Assembly (NCBI GenBank): GCA_964458155.1
Contig: CAYWGP010000118.1
Location: 9,810-73,809, forward strand
Direction of reading: 5' to 3'
From: an uncultured Bacteroides sp.
GTDB taxonomy: Bacteria; Bacteroidota; Bacteroidia; Bacteroidales; GCA-2748055
Length of the DNA stretch: 64,000 nt
In this document: positions 28,187 through 36,692 of the stretch, piece after piece
Numbering within the stretch: the first letter of the stretch is position 1
Layout: every line of letters begins with the position of its first letter
Made by a program: the position numbers and the translations under genes
The notes under the pieces: generated by a model
The model's input: only the letters and a program-made list of their open reading frames with translations
The model's database searches: none
What the model was told of the DNA's origin: nothing

Positions 28187-29758
28187 CTAGATACGCTTGA
28201 TCCTGCGTGCTTCCGGATCCCATTCGGTCCGGCAATTCTCCCGGTAACTTATGTCGGCCATGGCTATTACCACACCTTCCTCAAAAGCCATCTCGATATT
28301 GGCAGTGGGCGTACCGCCATTCCTGATACAGTCCAGCCATTCTTTCAGGTGCAGGTGGGTCACATCCCAGCTCTGTCCCCCGATACTGGTGGAGGTGAGT
28401 CCTCTGGTGGCATAGTACTGGGCTGTGGCCGAAGAGACCGCATCCACGACACTTGCCGAATTGGATCCCTGGAGCAATTCCATCATGGGTGTATCCGGTG
28501 AAACCAGTCCGCGTTCCAGCAGGTCGGCGAATTGTTTGGAACTTCCATCGGGAACTACTGAAAGAGTACCCCCCACGGTCATGGCTGCATCCTGACCATA
28601 GATGGTCCTTCCCCTGGCCCTGGATGAAGTCAGGTTGGCACTGTAGGTGAGGGTCAACTCTTCCTCCGGGTACTCGAAGATGGTATTCAGCACATCGGGC
28701 ATATCACCGAATTCCTTATAAGTGTACTGTCCACCAGATGAACAGGCTGTTTTGGGAATCCCCATGTGAAGCAGCTGGTTTACAGCATCGAATTCGTGGG
28801 AGAAGAGCTGGCCGAACAGAATGGTGTCATAATCAAAATAGCGGGCCCAGCTGTAGTAGCGCCTGATGCTGAATGGCACCTCCGGGGCCTTGCCCAGCCA
28901 CTGTTTCCAGTCGATGCTCTGAGCACTTCCCGGCTTGATATTGCCCTCGCTGTCCACATGGCGGATCCAGGCCCCGTTGGGGGAGTTCCGGTTGGTGGTC
29001 GTTTCCACATGAGAGATCTTGCCCAGCCATCTCCGGTTGAGAATCTCCCGGGCGACCTGGAAGGCTGCAGTCTGTGGATACTGGTGTCCCAGCTGGAAGA
29101 CCAGATCGCTGTTTTTTACAACCTCGTAGGTGGTATAGATTTCTTCCTCCCGGCGGATCAGGCTCTTTTCGCAGTACACATGTTTCCCTGCCTGTATGGC
29201 ATCAATGGTCATCTGTGCATGATGGTGATCAGGAGTGGCAATAATAATCGCGTCAATGTTGGGATCAGCGAGCATGTCATGGTAGTGCCTGAATCGCTTG
29301 ACGGGATGCCCGGAGGCAAACTTACCCCCGGTATGAATGTCATGGGCCGCTGTGGCCAGCCCCTGTTCGGCATGGAGGTCAAATACGTCGCAGATCCCGG
29401 TGATGGCCACGTTGAGGTTCCCCTCCTGAATCTGAGCGTCCAGGGATCCGTTTCCCACCGTCTGGTCGAATGCGGATTTTTCTATAAATCCCAGTGCACT
29501 GGCAAGCTGGATACCCCGTGATCCGGAGCCTGCAATCCCTAGCCGGATCAGATCACCCGCCTGGTGTCTTACTGGCCTTATGACATTTGAAAGGTCCTCC
29601 AGTCCCAGTTCGCGGATAAGCTCTTCCTGGACGTTGTGCTTATCGTCATAGCTGGTTTTCCTGAACACCTCTATCCCCAGCGCTCCCAGGATAGGGATGC
29701 CGGCCAGGGCCTTCAACATTTCTCTCCGGTGGAGGCCGGAATTATTTTCATTTTTCAT
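28187..29758 (-). CDS. TAT-exported Gfo/Idh/MocA family oxidoreductase
   Basis: The start 'MKNENNSGLHRREMLKALAGIPILGALG' is a twin-arginine signal. 'IRLGIAGSGSRG' Rossmann motif, 'VYCEKSL'. Confidence 0.85.
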   Translation of the reverse strand: MKNENNSGLHRREMLKALAGIPILGALGIEVFRKTSYDDKHNVQEELIRELGLEDLSNVIRPVRHQAGDLIRLGIAGSGSRGIQLASALGFIEKSAFDQTVGNGSLDAQIQEGNLNVAITGICDVFDLHAEQGLATAAHDIHTGGKFASGHPVKRFRHYHDMLADPNIDAIIIATPDHHHAQMTIDAIQAGKHVYCEKSLIRREEEIYTTYEVVKNSDLVFQLGHQYPQTAAFQVAREILNRRWLGKISHVETTTNRNSPNGAWIRHVDSEGNIKPGSAQSIDWKQWLGKAPEVPFSIRRYYSWARYFDYDTILFGQLFSHEFDAVNQLLHMGIPKTACSSGGQYTYKEFGDMPDVLNTIFEYPEEELTLTYSANLTSSRARGRTIYGQDAAMTVGGTLSVVPDGSSKQFADLLERGLVSPDTPMMELLQGSNSASVVDAVSSATAQYYATRGLTSTSIGGQSWDVTHLHLKEWLDCIRNGGTPTANIEMAFEEGVVIAMADISYRENCRTEWDPEARRIKRI

Positions 29759-30251
29759 GGGATGAGGCTTTAGTATTATATCGGGTTCGAAGCATATCCA
29801 GTCCAAAGCGCCTGGAAAGTGGAGTAACAGCCAGATAGAGCAAAGCCGCTGCTTCGATCAGGGTTTTATTAACCAGGAGATAGTTTCCCTCCACGGGTCC
29901 GCCCGGGTCCATCCCGATGAAAGGGGGATTGAAAAGGTAATAGCAAAGCAGCAGAAGGCATCCGGCCATGGAAGCCAGGCCTGTGAAAAGTCCCAGTACC
30001 AGGCCCAGGCCTATGAGAATCAGGCCCCAGGTATTGAGCACATCCACGGTGTTCAGAATACCCGGATTGGAGATGATCCAGTCGGCCATACCGGAGAAGA
30101 TACCCTGGGCATTGGCCAGGAAGGCCAGGGCCGACCATTCAGGGTGGATGAGTTTATAAAGACCTTCATAAAGGAGGTGCCATCCAATGAGAAAGCGAAT
30201 GGCAAGCAGCGCTCCCTGTTGCCATTTCATTTGCCTGGACTGGATTTCCAT
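29748..30251 (-). CDS. DoxX family membrane protein
   Basis: 'LLAIRFLIGWHLLYEGLYKL' and four predicted TM helices. The 3' end overlaps the start of the Gfo/Idh/MocA gene by 11 nt. Confidence 0.8.
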   Translation of the reverse strand: MEIQSRQMKWQQGALLAIRFLIGWHLLYEGLYKLIHPEWSALAFLANAQGIFSGMADWIISNPGILNTVDVLNTWGLILIGLGLVLGLFTGLASMAGCLLLLCYYLFNPPFIGMDPGGPVEGNYLLVNKTLIEAAALLYLAVTPLSRRFGLDMLRTRYNTKASSHEK

Positions 30252-30334
30252 GTGTTAGAAGCTGTTTAGGTGAAAAAAAACTACCCAAATCTAGCTATTC
30301 CCCCTGTAGAATCAAACAAAAACTTTTATCAGAT

Positions 30335-31126
30335 TTAATCACCTTTTCCGTCGAAATAGCCCCGGATAATGCCCCTTTTTGAGTCACGGATAAAAAGGAT
30401 GATTTCGTCCCGCTCCTTTGAAGCGGGCAGGTTGGCCTCCACAAATTCCAGGGCATCGGAGATATTCAGTCCGCGCTGGTAGATGATCCGGTAAACTTCC
30501 TGAATGGCATAAATTGTTTCATTGGCAAAGCCCCTGCGCCTCAGGCCAATGGAGTTTATCCCCGTAAATGAGATTGGCTCCCTTCCTGCCATGCCAAAGG
30601 GAGGTACATCCTTGCTTACCTTGCTGCCTCCCTGGATCATCACATGCGACCCGATGCGGACAAACTGGTGTACCAGGCTGCCCGGACTTATAATGGCCCA
30701 GTTATCCACTTCCACCTCTCCTGCCAGCCCTGCGTAGCTCCCCATGATAATCCTGTCCTGCAGGACACAGTCATGGGCAATATGCACATAGGACATGATC
30801 AGGCAGTCTTTTCCCACTACCGTGCGATCATTTGCCTTGGTCCCCTTGTTGATTGTAACATATTCACGGATGATGGTATTATCCCCAATCTCGACAGTGG
30901 TAACTTCGCCTTCAAATTTTAAATCCTGTGGATCTCCTGATATGACTGCACCCGGATAAATCTGAACATTTTTTCCGATCCTGGCTCCATTCATGATTAC
31001 AGCATTGGGTCCGATCCAGCTCCCCTCAGCGATTTCAACGTCTTCGTATACGGAGGCAAAGGCCTCGATTTTTACCCCTTTGGCTATTTTAGCACCGGGA
31101 TGAATATTGGCCTGTTTGCTAATCAT
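30335..31126 (-). CDS. lpxA: acyl-ACP--UDP-N-acetylglucosamine O-acyltransferase
   Basis: Left-handed beta-helix hexapeptide repeats, 'HIAHDC', and a C-terminal helical domain. Located in the lpx cluster. Confidence 0.9.
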   Translation of the reverse strand: MISKQANIHPGAKIAKGVKIEAFASVYEDVEIAEGSWIGPNAVIMNGARIGKNVQIYPGAVISGDPQDLKFEGEVTTVEIGDNTIIREYVTINKGTKANDRTVVGKDCLIMSYVHIAHDCVLQDRIIMGSYAGLAGEVEVDNWAIISPGSLVHQFVRIGSHVMIQGGSKVSKDVPPFGMAGREPISFTGINSIGLRRRGFANETIYAIQEVYRIIYQRGLNISDALEFVEANLPASKERDEIILFIRDSKRGIIRGYFDGKGD

Positions 31127-32522
31127 TGTCTTTGTTTTTTACGATCTGAGCCATCAGCTCACCTTCCATCACCAGCTGATTACCAACAAAGATCTCGGCG
31201 AATACTAAGGCAATACCACGCCTGATGGGCTCCAGCAAATCCACCTTAATGATCAGGGTATCGCCAGGTACCACCTTTCTTTTGAATTTTACCTTATCAA
31301 TTTTCAGAAAATAGCTGGAATAATTTTCCGGATCAGGCACCGTCGCCAGCACCAGGATTCCACCTACCTGGGCAGCGGCTTCAATCTGAAGCACTCCGGG
31401 CATTACAGGTTCATCAGGGAAATGCCCTGTAAAGAAAGGCTCATTTGTGGTCACATTCTTAATACCCACCACTGATTTTTCATCCATTAAAATCACCTTG
31501 TCTACCATCAGAAAGGGATAACGGTGGGGGAGTTTCTTTTTTACCTGATTAATGTCGATAAGGGGCTCAAGGTTGGGATTATAAACCGGGACCTGTTTCT
31601 GCAGGGCCTCCTTTTTCATTACCTGGCGAAGCGCCCTGGCAAATTCGTTGTTGCTTTGGTGACCGGGCCGGGTTGCAATAATTTTCGCCTTGAACCATCT
31701 TCCCACCAGCGCCAGGTCTCCTACCAGATCCAGCAGCTTGTGCCTGGCAGGTTCATTGGGGAAACGCAGATCCACATTGTTCAGGATTCCTTCTGGTTGA
31801 ACCCTGACATGTGGTTTGTTTAAGAGGTCGGCCAGACGGTCCAGCTCCTTTTGCTCCCACTTCCGGTCAACGATCACAATAGCATTGTCCAGATCCCCGC
31901 CCTTGATCAGGTTGTTCTTGACCAGGAATTCCAGTTCGTGAAGAAAGACAAAGGTGCGGCAGGGGGCAATTTCCTCCTTAAAATTTTGCATCTCCTCAAG
32001 GGAGGCATACTGATTGCCCAGCACAAATGAATTATAGTCAATCAGGACATTAAGGCTCTGAACCTTGTCAGGATACGCAATAATATGGATCCCCTTCTCC
32101 TCATCGTAGTACTCTACTTTTTCTTTAAGTATAAAGTATTTTCGGTCGGTGGCCTGGTCCACGGCTCCTGCCTTCTCAATGGCTTCAGCAAATTCCCTGG
32201 CACTGCCATCAAGGATGGGTGCTTCAGGACCATCTACTTCCACCAGTACATTGTCAATGCCCATTCCCACAAAGGAGGCCAGTACATGTTCGATGGTAGA
32301 AACCCTGGCCCCGTTTTCTTCCAGAACCGTTCCCCTGGAAGTTTCAACCACATTTTCTGCAAGTGCATTAATCAGGGGTTGTCCGGGAAGATCGGTACGT
32401 TTAAAGATATATCCGTGGCTATCGGGTGCAGGATGAAAGGTCATATTAACTACCACACCGGTATGGAGACCTTTTCCATTGAAAGATATAGGTGCTTTAA
32501 GTGTTCTCTGTTTTTCCGCCAT
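31119..32522 (-). CDS. lpxC/fabZ: bifunctional UDP-3-O-acyl-GlcNAc deacetylase / 3-hydroxyacyl-ACP dehydratase
   Basis: N-terminal LpxC ('GKGLHTG', 'TIEHVLA', 'HKLLDLVGDLAL') fused to C-terminal FabZ ('LPHRYPFLMVDKV', 'FFTGHFPDEPVMPGVL'). Confidence 0.95.
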   Translation of the reverse strand: MAEKQRTLKAPISFNGKGLHTGVVVNMTFHPAPDSHGYIFKRTDLPGQPLINALAENVVETSRGTVLEENGARVSTIEHVLASFVGMGIDNVLVEVDGPEAPILDGSAREFAEAIEKAGAVDQATDRKYFILKEKVEYYDEEKGIHIIAYPDKVQSLNVLIDYNSFVLGNQYASLEEMQNFKEEIAPCRTFVFLHELEFLVKNNLIKGGDLDNAIVIVDRKWEQKELDRLADLLNKPHVRVQPEGILNNVDLRFPNEPARHKLLDLVGDLALVGRWFKAKIIATRPGHQSNNEFARALRQVMKKEALQKQVPVYNPNLEPLIDINQVKKKLPHRYPFLMVDKVILMDEKSVVGIKNVTTNEPFFTGHFPDEPVMPGVLQIEAAAQVGGILVLATVPDPENYSSYFLKIDKVKFKRKVVPGDTLIIKVDLLEPIRRGIALVFAEIFVGNQLVMEGELMAQIVKNKDND

Positions 32523-32567
32523 AAATCGAGGGCAAATATAGGAATTAAAGACGAATCGTCAGCAAGC

Positions 32568-33602
32568 TTATTGTGTGAGGTCTTTCACTTTGCGCTCCAG
32601 TTCGTTGATCTGTTCACGTATTTTCGGCAGGTTACGGAACAGCAGGTAGCTGCGCTGATAGGGTCCGAATTCAAAAGCCGGCGATCCCTGGATCACGATA
32701 CCCTCTTCCTTAATATCCTTGGTAATTCCCGATTGTGCAGCAATTTTAACACCGGGGGCAATTTTAATGTGTCCGATAAGTCCCACCTGTCCGCCGAACA
32801 TGCAGTTTTTCCCCACCTTGGTGGAGCCCGAGATCCCACTCTGGGCGGCAATAACAGTATTCTCATCTATTTCCACATTGTGGGCAATCATGACCAGGTT
32901 GTCCAGTTTCACCCCTTTCCGCAGAATGGTCGCACCCATGGTGGCACGATCGACCGTTGTGTTGGCCCCTATCTCCACATGGTCCTCAATAATAACCTTA
33001 CCCACCTGGGGAACCTTCTCATAATTGTTATCCTGGTTGGGAGCAAAACCAAATCCATCGGCACCAATAACGGCACCTGCATGGAGCACACAATAGGATC
33101 CAATCTCACAACCTTCATAGACCTTGACCCCGGGATGGAGGATGCTGCCTTCCCCGATCTTTACATTGTCGCCCACATAGACCTGGGGGTAGAGCTGGGC
33201 TCCATCGCCAATGGCGGCATTAGCTGAGATCACTGTAAATTCGCCCACGTAGAGATCTTTTCCCAGGCTTGCCTTTTCGGAAATGGCAGCCATTTTGCTG
33301 ATCCCGCTCTTCTTTGGTTTGCTCTGATCATAGAGTCTCAGGAGGGCCGCAAAGGATTCGTAGGCGTTTTCAACCCTGACCAGGGTGGCACTGATATCAT
33401 TTTGCGCCTGAAAATCAGCATTTACAATAACAATGGATGATTGAGTACTGTAGATGTATTTTTCATATTTCGGATTGGCCAGGAAGGAAAGGGTTCCGGG
33501 CCTGCCCTCCTCGATTTTGCTAATGTCGCTTACGGTAGCTTCGGGGTTACCTTCGACAGTTCCTTTTAAAAACTCAGCTATTAGGGTTGCAGTAAAATTC
33601 AT
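32568..33602 (-). CDS. lpxD: UDP-3-O-acylglucosamine N-acyltransferase
   Basis: N-terminal 'LSFLANPKY', hexapeptide repeats, 'MIAHNVEI'. Confidence 0.9.
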   Translation of the reverse strand: MNFTATLIAEFLKGTVEGNPEATVSDISKIEEGRPGTLSFLANPKYEKYIYSTQSSIVIVNADFQAQNDISATLVRVENAYESFAALLRLYDQSKPKKSGISKMAAISEKASLGKDLYVGEFTVISANAAIGDGAQLYPQVYVGDNVKIGEGSILHPGVKVYEGCEIGSYCVLHAGAVIGADGFGFAPNQDNNYEKVPQVGKVIIEDHVEIGANTTVDRATMGATILRKGVKLDNLVMIAHNVEIDENTVIAAQSGISGSTKVGKNCMFGGQVGLIGHIKIAPGVKIAAQSGITKDIKEEGIVIQGSPAFEFGPYQRSYLLFRNLPKIREQINELERKVKDLTQ

Positions 33603-34853
33603 TCACTTAGATTTTAAATTCATTAAACGCGGGTAACAGAGGAAATATTTTCGAACAGTTTTTGAGAGTACCGAGATATTCAGAATATCGGATGCCTCTG
33701 CTATATCGCGGGTATTTCCATTTTTATCCATGATGCTAATTCGATCGTCCATATCACTGTAAGCAAAATTGCTGACGCTGTCCGATACCACAAGGTATCC
33801 TGCCTCCCGGGGTGTTATGGAGAGCTCCTCTGCCACCTGGTCCCGGATCCTGGCTAAGCGATCAGCAGGAAAGGCCTGAGTATCCAACTCAACCGATAAT
33901 AGTTTCCGGCTGACCAGTCCGTTCGCTAAAATAGACAAAATCTTATCCGAATTGTTGCACCAAACCTTGGCTGAAGCCAGAATATCATCGTCGTCCAGCA
34001 GGGCAAATTGTTCCAGGGAGACCTGATCATGTCCTTGAAGAAAGTAAGCCAGTGCCGGCGTAGCAAACAGCTCAGCACCCTCCGAAGTTAGAGCCTGAGC
34101 TCTTTTTAACATCATCACAAGCAGTTGTTCAGAGGCTACTACGGTGCGGTGCAGATAAACCTGCCAGTACATCAGCCTCCTGGCAATCAGAAATTTTTCA
34201 ATGGAATAAATTCCTTTTTCTTCAACCACCAGCTGGTCGTTCAGCACATTCAGCATTTTGATAATCCGGTCAGATCCAATGACCCCCTCGGTAACCCCTG
34301 TGAAGAAACTGTCGCGCTTCAGGTAATCGAGGCGGTCCATGTCGAGCTGACTGCTTACAAGCTGGTGCAGGAATTTCTTGGCGTAGCGGTTCCTGAAAAT
34401 TTCTATCGCCATGGATAGTTTTCCCCCGAACTCATCATTCAGCTTCTCCATCAACATCAGGCTTATGTCCTCATGCCTGGTATTTTTGATCAGGCTGTGC
34501 TCCAGGGAGTGGGAGAAAGGTCCATGTCCGATATCATGCAGGAGAATAGCAATTGTCACCGCTTCAGACTCTTCCTTGCTGATGTGGTGGCCCTTGGACC
34601 TGATCACTTCAATGGCAAGACCCATCAGGTGCATGGCTCCCACAGCATGCTGGAAACGGGTATGGTTGGCTCCCGGGTAGACTAAGTGGGTAAGCCCCAG
34701 CTGTCTTATTCTGCGCAGACGCTGGAAAAGAGGATGTTCAATCAGGTCGAATACCGTAGCGTATGGAATTTTAATAAATCCATAGACCGGATCGTTGATG
34801 ATTTTCAGTTTATTCGTGGAAGAATTGTTCCCCATATGGGTTAATTGTGGCAC
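33603..34853 (-). CDS. HD-domain phosphohydrolase (SAMHD1/dGTPase-like fold)
   Basis: 'INDPVYGFI', 'TRFQHAVGAMHL', 'LLHDIGHGPFSH', 'DMDRLDYLKRD'. The stop abuts the lpxD start. An alternative start lies at 34835. Confidence 0.8.
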   Translation of the reverse strand: MPQLTHMGNNSSTNKLKIINDPVYGFIKIPYATVFDLIEHPLFQRLRRIRQLGLTHLVYPGANHTRFQHAVGAMHLMGLAIEVIRSKGHHISKEESEAVTIAILLHDIGHGPFSHSLEHSLIKNTRHEDISLMLMEKLNDEFGGKLSMAIEIFRNRYAKKFLHQLVSSQLDMDRLDYLKRDSFFTGVTEGVIGSDRIIKMLNVLNDQLVVEEKGIYSIEKFLIARRLMYWQVYLHRTVVASEQLLVMMLKRAQALTSEGAELFATPALAYFLQGHDQVSLEQFALLDDDDILASAKVWCNNSDKILSILANGLVSRKLLSVELDTQAFPADRLARIRDQVAEELSITPREAGYLVVSDSVSNFAYSDMDDRISIMDKNGNTRDIAEASDILNISVLSKTVRKYFLCYPRLMNLKSK

Positions 34854-34910
34854 AAAATTATGCTTTTATTACCATAATCGGGTTTGTATCAGCGAAAAAA
34901 CTATCTGTTT

Positions 34911-34941
34911 TTTGCAAATTTCATGATTATTTGTACTTTTG
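34911..34941 (+). promoter_or_regulatory. candidate promoter of rimP-nusA-infB (-33 TTTG, -7 TActTTTG)
   Basis: tttg at 34911-34914 and tacttttg at 34934-34941, with 19-nt spacing. This matches the published Bacteroides TTTG/TAnnTTTG consensus. Confidence 0.45.
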
Positions 34942-34968
34942 CACCGTCGTTAGGAGAGATTTGTTCTG

Positions 34969-34991
34969 GGGGGCTTTTGTCCCCTATTTTA
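34969..34991 (+). terminator. terminator-like hairpin plus T-tract in the rimP leader (possible attenuator)
   Basis: gggggc-tttt-gtcccc (6 bp including one G-T) followed by tatttta. It lies between the candidate promoter and the rimP ATG at 35004. Confidence 0.35.
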
Positions 34992-35003
34992 TTACACAAA
35001 AAA

Positions 35004-35429
35004 ATGATTACGACTGAGAGTATTACAGAGCTGATTGAACAGCACATCGAGGGCAGCGATATTTTCCTTGTGGAAGTATTGGTGAAACCTGGAAATGCTA
35101 TTTTAATCCATGTGGACAGGCCCGCCGGGATTTCCATCGATGAATGTGTGAAAATCAGCCGCTTCTTAAATGAGTCGCTGGACCGCGATGTGGAAGACTA
35201 CTCCCTGGAGGTATCATCCCCGGGTTTGGGTGGCGCGTTCAAGGTAAAGCAACAATACGAGAAGAATCTGGGTCGTGACATCGAAGTTCTTTATACCGAT
35301 GGAATAAAGGTTAAGGGCAAACTGGAATCACTTACGGATAATGGAATCATTCTGAAGGTAAAAGGAGACGACGAAGAGATAGTTTTTGAAGAAATCAAAA
35401 CAGCAAAAGCATTAATATCATTTAATTGA
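35004..35429 (+). CDS. rimP: ribosome maturation factor RimP
   Basis: 'DIFLVEVLVKPGNAILIHVD', 'LEVSSPGL'. Position upstream of nusA. The first ~40 codons of the track ORF look non-coding. Confidence 0.85.
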   Translation: MITTESITELIEQHIEGSDIFLVEVLVKPGNAILIHVDRPAGISIDECVKISRFLNESLDRDVEDYSLEVSSPGLGGAFKVKQQYEKNLGRDIEVLYTDGIKVKGKLESLTDNGIILKVKGDDEEIVFEEIKTAKALISFN

Positions 35430-35444
35430 TTCAACAGCGTAGAA

Positions 35445-36680
35445 ATGGAAAATCTTAATTTGATAGAGACATTTTCCGAATTTAAGGAATTAAAGAACAT
35501 CGACCGTGTGACCATGATGAGCGTCCTTGAGGATGTATTCAGGGGTATGCTTCTGAAGAAATACGGAACCGATGAGAATTTTGATATCATTATCAATATT
35601 GACAAGGGTGACTTCGAGATCTGGAGGAATCGTGAGGTTGTTGAGGATGATCAGGTGGAAGAGCCAGCCCTGCAGATTACCCTGACCAAGGCCAAGGAGA
35701 TTGATGAAGACTATGAGGTAGGCGAAGAGGTAACCGACGAGGTAAAACTGGGTGACTTTGGTAGACGCGCCATCCTGGCCCTGCGCCAGAACCTCTCAGC
35801 CAGGATCATGGAGCTGGAGAAGAATCATCTTTACAACAAGTATAAGGACAGGATAGGGGATGTGGTTACCGGTGAGGTATACCAGGTATGGAAAAGAGAG
35901 ATCCTGATCCTCGATGATGAAGGCAATGAACTTATCCTGCCCAAGACCGAGCAGATCCCTTCCGACTATTTTCGGAAAGGGGATACCATTCGTGCGGTTG
36001 TGGTAAAGGTGGATATGCGCAATGCCAATCCCCTGATTATTCTGTCGCGGACTTCCCCGGTATTCCTGGAGCGCCTGTTTGAACTGGAGGTTCCTGAAAT
36101 TTTCGACGGACTTATCACCATCAAAAACATTGTCAGGGTTCCCGGTGAAAGAGCTAAAGTGGCCGTGGAGTCTTACGATGAACGGATTGATCCGGTTGGA
36201 GCCTGTGTGGGCATGAAAGGATCCCGCATCCATGGCATTGTGAGGGAATTGAAAAATGAGAATATCGATGTAATCAATTTTACAAGCAATATCCAGTTGT
36301 TTATTACAAGGGCATTGAGCCCTGCCAAGATCACATCCATTAAGCTGGATGATGAAGAGAAACGCGCAGAGGTGTATCTTCAGCCCAAGGAGGTCTCTCT
36401 GGCCATCGGCAAGGGTGGCTTGAATATCAAGCTGGCCAGTCAGCTCTCGGGTTATGAAATTGATGTATATCGTGAATCGGACGAGGACGATGAGGATGTG
36501 AACCTCGAAGAATTTGCTGATGAAATTGAAAGCTGGGTTCTGGATGAGTTAAAGGCAGTCGGATGTGATACTGCCAAATCGGTACTGAACCTCAGTGTGG
36601 AAGACCTGGTCAAAAGGACCGACCTGGAAGAGGAGACCATCAAGGACCTGGTCAATGTGCTTAAAGCAGAATTTGAATAG
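35445..36680 (+). CDS. nusA: transcription termination/antitermination factor NusA
   Basis: S1 domain 'GDVVTGEVYQV', KH domains 'DPVGACVGMKGSRI' and 'LAIGKGGLNIKLAS'. Confidence 0.95.
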   Translation: MENLNLIETFSEFKELKNIDRVTMMSVLEDVFRGMLLKKYGTDENFDIIINIDKGDFEIWRNREVVEDDQVEEPALQITLTKAKEIDEDYEVGEEVTDEVKLGDFGRRAILALRQNLSARIMELEKNHLYNKYKDRIGDVVTGEVYQVWKREILILDDEGNELILPKTEQIPSDYFRKGDTIRAVVVKVDMRNANPLIILSRTSPVFLERLFELEVPEIFDGLITIKNIVRVPGERAKVAVESYDERIDPVGACVGMKGSRIHGIVRELKNENIDVINFTSNIQLFITRALSPAKITSIKLDDEEKRAEVYLQPKEVSLAIGKGGLNIKLASQLSGYEIDVYRESDEDDEDVNLEEFADEIESWVLDELKAVGCDTAKSVLNLSVEDLVKRTDLEEETIKDLVNVLKAEFE

Positions 36681-36692
36681 AGAATAGATTAT

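Noticed and set aside
32085-33227. 380-aa ORF on the + strand, antisense to lpxC/fabZ and lpxD and spanning their intergenic gap
   Set aside because: It lies fully inside two confidently identified genes on the opposite strand. Its translation is low-complexity with no motif. Long antisense ORFs are expected opposite codon-biased genes. The same reasoning applies to 7305-8069(-), 28766-29521(+), 45643-46551(-), 56973-57815(-), 61854-62477(+), 43750-44382(-), 50476-50994(+) and 20299-20751(+).
33603-34853. HD-domain SAMHD1/dGTPase-like gene as an anti-phage dNTP-depletion defence gene
   Set aside because: Its stop abuts the lpxD start and it sits in the housekeeping lpxD-lpxC/fabZ-lpxA cluster. 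There are no mobile or defence neighbours, so a housekeeping role is more parsimonious.
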